64,000 bases of DNA, from NCBI GenBank assembly GCA_029942545.1, contig GCA_029942545.1_4114.1. One strand, written 5' to 3'. Below are positions 63,902 through 64,000 of this stretch, in pieces. This stretch comes from a phage. Each line of letters starts with the position of its first letter. Positions within the stretch are counted from its first letter, which is position 1. The notes beneath the pieces were generated by a model. It worked only from the letters and a program-made list of their open reading frames with translations. It had not been told where the DNA came from and made no database searches. The translations under genes were made by a program, and so were the position numbers.

Positions 63902-64000
63902 ATGATAACATTTTTTGCAATATATGGTTTTGTAGCATTTGTTACATTTATAACCAACTTTCTAGTACTTAATTGGGGTTGTTTTAAAGATGAAATCATG
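63902..64000 (+). CDS. hypothetical membrane protein (5' partial, runs past window end)
   Basis: ATG 63902; hydrophobic MITFFAIYGFVAFVTFITNFLVL; no stop inside the window. Confidence 0.4.
   Translation, partial: MITFFAIYGFVAFVTFITNFLVLNWGCFKDEIM

Noticed and set aside
846-63999. All minus-strand track ORFs of 60-120 aa (e.g. 846-1073, 1222-1410, 2174-2362, 4662-4988, 5825-6007, 6421-6624, 9626-9820, 10039-10323, 11374-11598, 13113-13304, 14793-15048, 17439-17642, 20168-20350, 23044-23241, 23789-24025, 24066-24302, 25169-25357, 27517-27786, 28902-29328, 31367-31561, 35413-35652, 38883-39140, 39442-39702, 42822-43778, 48773-48991, 51529-51750, 55488-55727, 55921-56199, 59192-59374, 59607-59798, 60517-60870, 62407-62661, 63079-63384, 63805-63999)
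   Set aside because: Each lies antisense to a better-supported + strand gene, none has a ribosome-binding site or promoter, and + strand coding is continuous; they are expected chance ORFs in AT-rich DNA.
1-64000. CRISPR array, integrase or transposase, tRNA genes
   Set aside because: No regularly spaced short direct repeats with unique spacers, no recombinase or transposase motifs, and no tRNA-like cloverleaf were noticed; the repeats present are promoter cassettes and paralogous genes.

Overview
This window reads as a ~64 kb stretch of a large, AT-rich, virulent dsDNA phage genome, with essentially every credible gene on the + strand. That it is phage, and of a Gram-negative host, is an inference from sigma70-type promoters, a TraR/DksA-like protein, and T4-type RNA ligase 1 plus polynucleotide kinase. 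Everything below is from reading the sequence by eye; no searches or computations were run.

The window has four parts:

1. **Early region (1–10.8 kb).** About 35 small ORFs, most with their own near-consensus TTGACA-N16/17-TATAAT promoter followed by a conserved 5' hairpin (GGGGAGAA / TTCTCCCC) and a ribosome-binding site. Recognisable products are a TraR/DksA-like zinc finger, a GNAT-like acetyltransferase and a protein-kinase-like protein. A ~200 bp intergenic cassette recurs five times here.

2. **Family A array (11.07–17.05 kb).** 27 tandem paralogous ORFs of 65–90 aa, mostly with 4-nt start/stop overlaps, sharing a C-terminal 'LGTNYQE-YV' motif. Four more members lie inside the next array.

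3. **Family B array (17.0–45.4 kb, plus outliers at 56.5–57.8 kb).** About 50 tandem paralogs of 100–225 aa, all sharing a core '[ED][ED]x[YFL]FQxS[TL][VI]' motif. Their N-terminal halves are highly diversified, and several sub-clusters look recently duplicated. This is the most unusual feature of the window and I cannot assign it a function.

4. **Accessory module (49–64 kb).** A phage-type N6-adenine DNA methyltransferase, a HxGH nucleotidyltransferase (possibly NMN adenylyltransferase), RNA ligase 1 (RnlA-like) and polynucleotide kinase/phosphatase (Pnk-like), with two further small paralog families.

Other signals worth noting are a strong over-representation of the palindrome AGTACT throughout, and a GC-elevated ~540 bp non-coding island at 49.05–49.59 kb.

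Coordinates for starts were corrected by hand wherever the ORF track began at an upstream in-frame codon (several are GTG/TTG in the sequence); those corrections carry some uncertainty.
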